From Adineta vaga (Eukaryota; Animalia; Rotifera), in NCBI GenBank assembly GCA_021613535.1, contig CP075493.1, forward strand, positions 15,252,001-15,316,000: a DNA stretch of 64,000 bases, given 5' to 3'. Both the position numbers and the translations under genes were made by a program. Positions 60,780-64,000 of the stretch are shown piece after piece. A model generated the notes under the pieces. That model had not been told where the DNA came from and did no database searches. It saw nothing but the letters and a program-made list of their open reading frames with translations. Numbering within the stretch: the stretch's first letter is position 1; each line of letters opens with the position of its first letter.

Positions 60780-62617
60780 CTAAATCTCATCATGAGGAAC
60801 TAGCCAATATCGTAAACGAGCAACAGCATTTTGTATACGCTTAGATAAGACCAGATCAGAAGAATATCGAACAGACCAGCCATCTTCAGGAAGGATGACA
60901 CCGGTCTCAGCCTCATATATGAACCATGCTTCTACAAGTTCTTTCAATAGATCTTCTCGTTCATGAGCTATATTGATTAATTCTCCCTTGTCTTGAGATA
61001 AATCATACAATTCCCATTTTGCCGTATTCGATTCGTTTGGTACTAAGATGGCTTTATAATTTCCACGACGAATAGCACGTTCGCCAAACAATTCCCATCC
61101 TGAAAAATCGTATTCACTGTGTACATGCTTGTGTTCATCAGGATTAAGTAGGTATGGAATCCACGATTTTCCTCGCGGTGTCACGACAGTACGTTTGCGA
61201 AATGTTGTGCCTGGATGTGAGATATTTGCTAGTTCGAGGACAGTAGGTAGAATATCCATAACAGTCGTGAATTCATCAGTGATCTTTAAAGATGTATGCA
61301 ATTTGGGATAGTGTACAATTGCCGGACATCGAATACCACCTTCAGTAATATGACCTTTGACCATTCTACTAGGAGCAGTTGCTGTTTGAGCCCATCGCAA
61401 TCCATACGCGATAAACGAATCCTTATTGCCAATATTTTCATAGGTGTTATTAAAGAATTTGTCTGGATTCCATGTAGACGAGATCGGAATGCTATCTATA
61501 CTGGCACCCTCTGCTCCATTATCCGACATGAATAAGATGAATGTATTTTCGAATTGTTCACTTTCTTTCAGATAGTCTATAACACGTCCGATAGCAAAAT
61601 CCATACGATCAACCATGGCTGCATAGATTTCCATCGCTTTGGCACTATAAGCTTTTTCAGCGGGTGTGAGTTGTTTCCATTCTTCCTCTTCGGCTGGGTC
61701 ATCAGTTGGTGACGTAATATGAGAGGGTAGAAGACCTAGTTTACGTTGAGTTTCGAGTCGATTTTTACGTAGAACAAATGGACCATCATCGTATCTTCCT
61801 TTGTATTTAGCGATGATCTCGGCAGGCGCTTGAAGAGGCCAATGCGGAGCGGTAAAAGGAAGATAAGCAAAAAAGGGCTTCTTGTTTACTGCAGCATTGG
61901 ATTGTAAGCTTTTAATAAGTTCGGCAGCAAAATAATCGGACGAATAAAAGTTCTCGAGAGTTGCATAGTCAATATATGTGGAATTACGTACATAGACTGG
62001 TGGAAGAAATGATTCGGCAATTTCGTGAGCATAATGATTTCCAGCCCCGGGCAATAAGGAGAAACTATCCTCGAAACCACGTTTGGCTGGAGTTTGTTTA
62101 GGTGTTAGTCCTAGATGCCATTTACCACTCATTGTAGTAAAATAGCCAGCATCTTGCATAATTTCGGGTAGAGCAGCAACTCGATCGTTCAAGTAACCTT
62201 CGTATCCCGCTTTTCCTTGCCAAATATCCGGATGATTTATAATTTCTTCTGCCATTTGACCGAGACCAGCAATATGATGGTCGGTACCACTTAATAGCAT
62301 TGCTCGAGTGGGTGAACATGCCGAAGCCGTATGAAAATCGGTAAATCGAATTCCACCACTGGCTAGCATTTCAATATTTGGTGTGTTGATTTCACCACCG
62401 AACGGTGACGTATCGGACCAGCCAAGGTCATCAGCAACAATGATTAGAAAATTTGGTTTCTTCGTTATTTCTGACTGAGACGTTTCGGTCTTAGCCTGAG
62501 CATATCCTAGGAAAACACAAAATGTATAGGAAAGATAAAGCCGTAGGATGAAAACTTACTCATATGATCAATAGAAATAAAAAGAACGACCGAAATAATA
62601 AGGATCAACGATGACAT
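60780..62617 (-). CDS. Arylsulfatase, AtsA-like (bacterial/fungal type), with a spliced signal-peptide exon
   Basis: Exon 1 MSSLILIISVVLFISIDHM, then an intron of about 50 bp. Exon 2 has KPNFLIIVADDLGWSD, CSPTR (formylglycine motif), GKWHLG, YLPFTAPHWPLQAP and SDNG. Confidence 0.9.
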
Positions 62618-63218
62618 GATGAACAACTCGTATACGGAGGCGAGTAAATAACCAATAAAATATGATATCTAAAACTATAGTAGGTAGATCAAAGACAGAT
62701 CGTTGGTCTTTATTAAACTTTTGCAGGACATATGATGCATAATAGAACTATAATGTTCTTTTATATTACCGTTCTCTAGTTTGAGTTGGTATAATATTTC
62801 GCGATAAAAAAAAGCAAAAAAGAATTCTCGTTTGTTGAGTACTGATTACAAGCAAGTAAAGCAAGTTAAAATGAAACAACTTATAACACGGTCATGTTCT
62901 TTTTATTCTTTTCTTTGACGAGATACTGTGATCCTCTTATATAACCATTGCAAATGATAACAAATGATTCATGAAACAGATATCGTCAGTGCATAGATAC
63001 TTTAACTTTCTGTCGATCGAATTACTTTAATCCAAAAAGAAAACACATTTCAACCTTTCTCTTTTATTTTAATTCAAAATGGCTACATCAAAACGTTATC
63101 ACAATCAAAAAGACAATTTTTTTTCTCTTTTAAGGCCCTCCCCTTAGAAAACCTCAAGATTCAGACTTTTAAACAATTTTATTCGATTTCTGATCAAAAA
63201 TCAAAAAGTGATGTCATT

Positions 63219-63232
63219 TCTTGAGGATGTGA
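63219..63232 (+). repeat. G-rich arm of telomere-like element (decayed)
   Basis: TCTTGAGGATGTGA; a CCTCAAGAT arm lies at about 63152-63160. Confidence 0.45.
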
Positions 63233-63576
63233 AGTTTTATTCTAAATTGATTCAACGGTTTTCCTCAATGATAGAATAAAAGCTTTTTCATTGAAAAAAA
63301 TTCAAATCAATTTATGTTTTTCATGTTTTTTTCATTGATTTTCAAGAAGGAGAGTACGACTTAGGTGTTACTGACAATTCGGCATCTTTTCAAAACTTAT
63401 ATACCAACTTGTTTTCGTGTTCAAGTGTCCGCATTTTTTGCTTGATGATTTGATTAGCGAAGAAAGAGAAGAAATCATTTCATTCTATTTAAAAAAAAGA
63501 AGCGAATTCTTATTGATTTTTTTACAAAACACATATTCTTCAGTCACTTTCCTAATCAATTTTATTTAAAAAAAAC

Positions 63577-64000
63577 TTATTCCTCTTTTTCGAAATCAAA
63601 CCGAATGATTCGATGATTTCCCCGATCTGAAACATAAAGATTTCCTTCAAAATCAAATGATAAACCTTGAAGATCATTCAATTGGTTTGATTCACTTCTT
63701 TCACCATTTCCACCAACAACAATCAAACCTTCTTCATCTCCTTCACACCATCGCATTATTCGATGATTCCCATAATCTGCCACATAGATTTGATTCCATT
63801 CATCAACAAACAATCCTTGAGGATAATTCAATTGATTGAGATTGTTTCCTTCACCATTTCCTCCAGCCACAACAATTCCTTCATTCGCATCTTTTCTCCA
63901 TTTCATTACACGATGATTATTCCAATCTGAAACATAAAGAGATTGATCTTTATCAACAAAGATGAAAGAAGGACGGTTCAGTTGATTTCCATTTCCATTT
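63577..64000 (-). CDS. NHL-repeat protein, C-terminal part
   Basis: VAGGNGEGNNLNQLNYPQGLFVD..IYVADYGNHRIMRW repeats; the frame continues to the window end. Confidence 0.85.
   Translation of the reverse strand, partial: NGNGNQLNRPSFIFVDKDQSLYVSDWNNHRVMKWRKDANEGIVVAGGNGEGNNLNQLNYPQGLFVDEWNQIYVADYGNHRIMRWCEGDEEGLIVVGGNGERSESNQLNDLQGLSFDFEGNLYVSDRGNHRIIRFDFEKEE

Noticed and set aside
1596-63232. Palindromes as bacterial attC/REP sites or terminators
   Set aside because: The genes have spliceosomal introns and mixed orientation, no integrase is present, and the arms are telomere-type hexamers. Only the analogy is kept.

Overview
This is AT-rich eukaryotic DNA with short GT-AG introns, most consistent with a bdelloid rotifer (inference). 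The evidence is the expanded NHL-repeat, NHL-REJ-GPS, ART-TPR, F-box/LRR and orphan 7TM GPCR families, TGTGGG/TGAGGG telomere-type hexamers, and many microbial-type genes. About 20 unrelated genes and pseudogenes lie in mixed orientation. They include a spliced homolog of the microbial 2-oxoglutarate-dependent ethylene-forming enzyme, a bacterial-type GNAT, a GH71 alpha-1,3-glucanase, a GH10-CBM13 xylanase, an AtsA-like arylsulfatase and an H-type lectin. Decayed Penelope-like and Tc4/Tc5-like transposons are also present. The most striking pattern is a short head-to-head telomere-like palindrome, roughly (CAT)CTTGAGGGTGTGGGTG-[variable spacer]-CACCCACACCCTCAAG(AT). By eye it recurs about 25-30 times, about one per 2 kb, and almost always falls between genes, dividing the window into modules of roughly one gene each. 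At two sites it cuts a GPCR gene mid-frame at a TCTTG, with unrelated DNA beyond. This suggests an array of telomere-capped, end-joined DNA fragments or a cassette-like gene capture system. All calls come from reading the sequence by eye; no searches were run.
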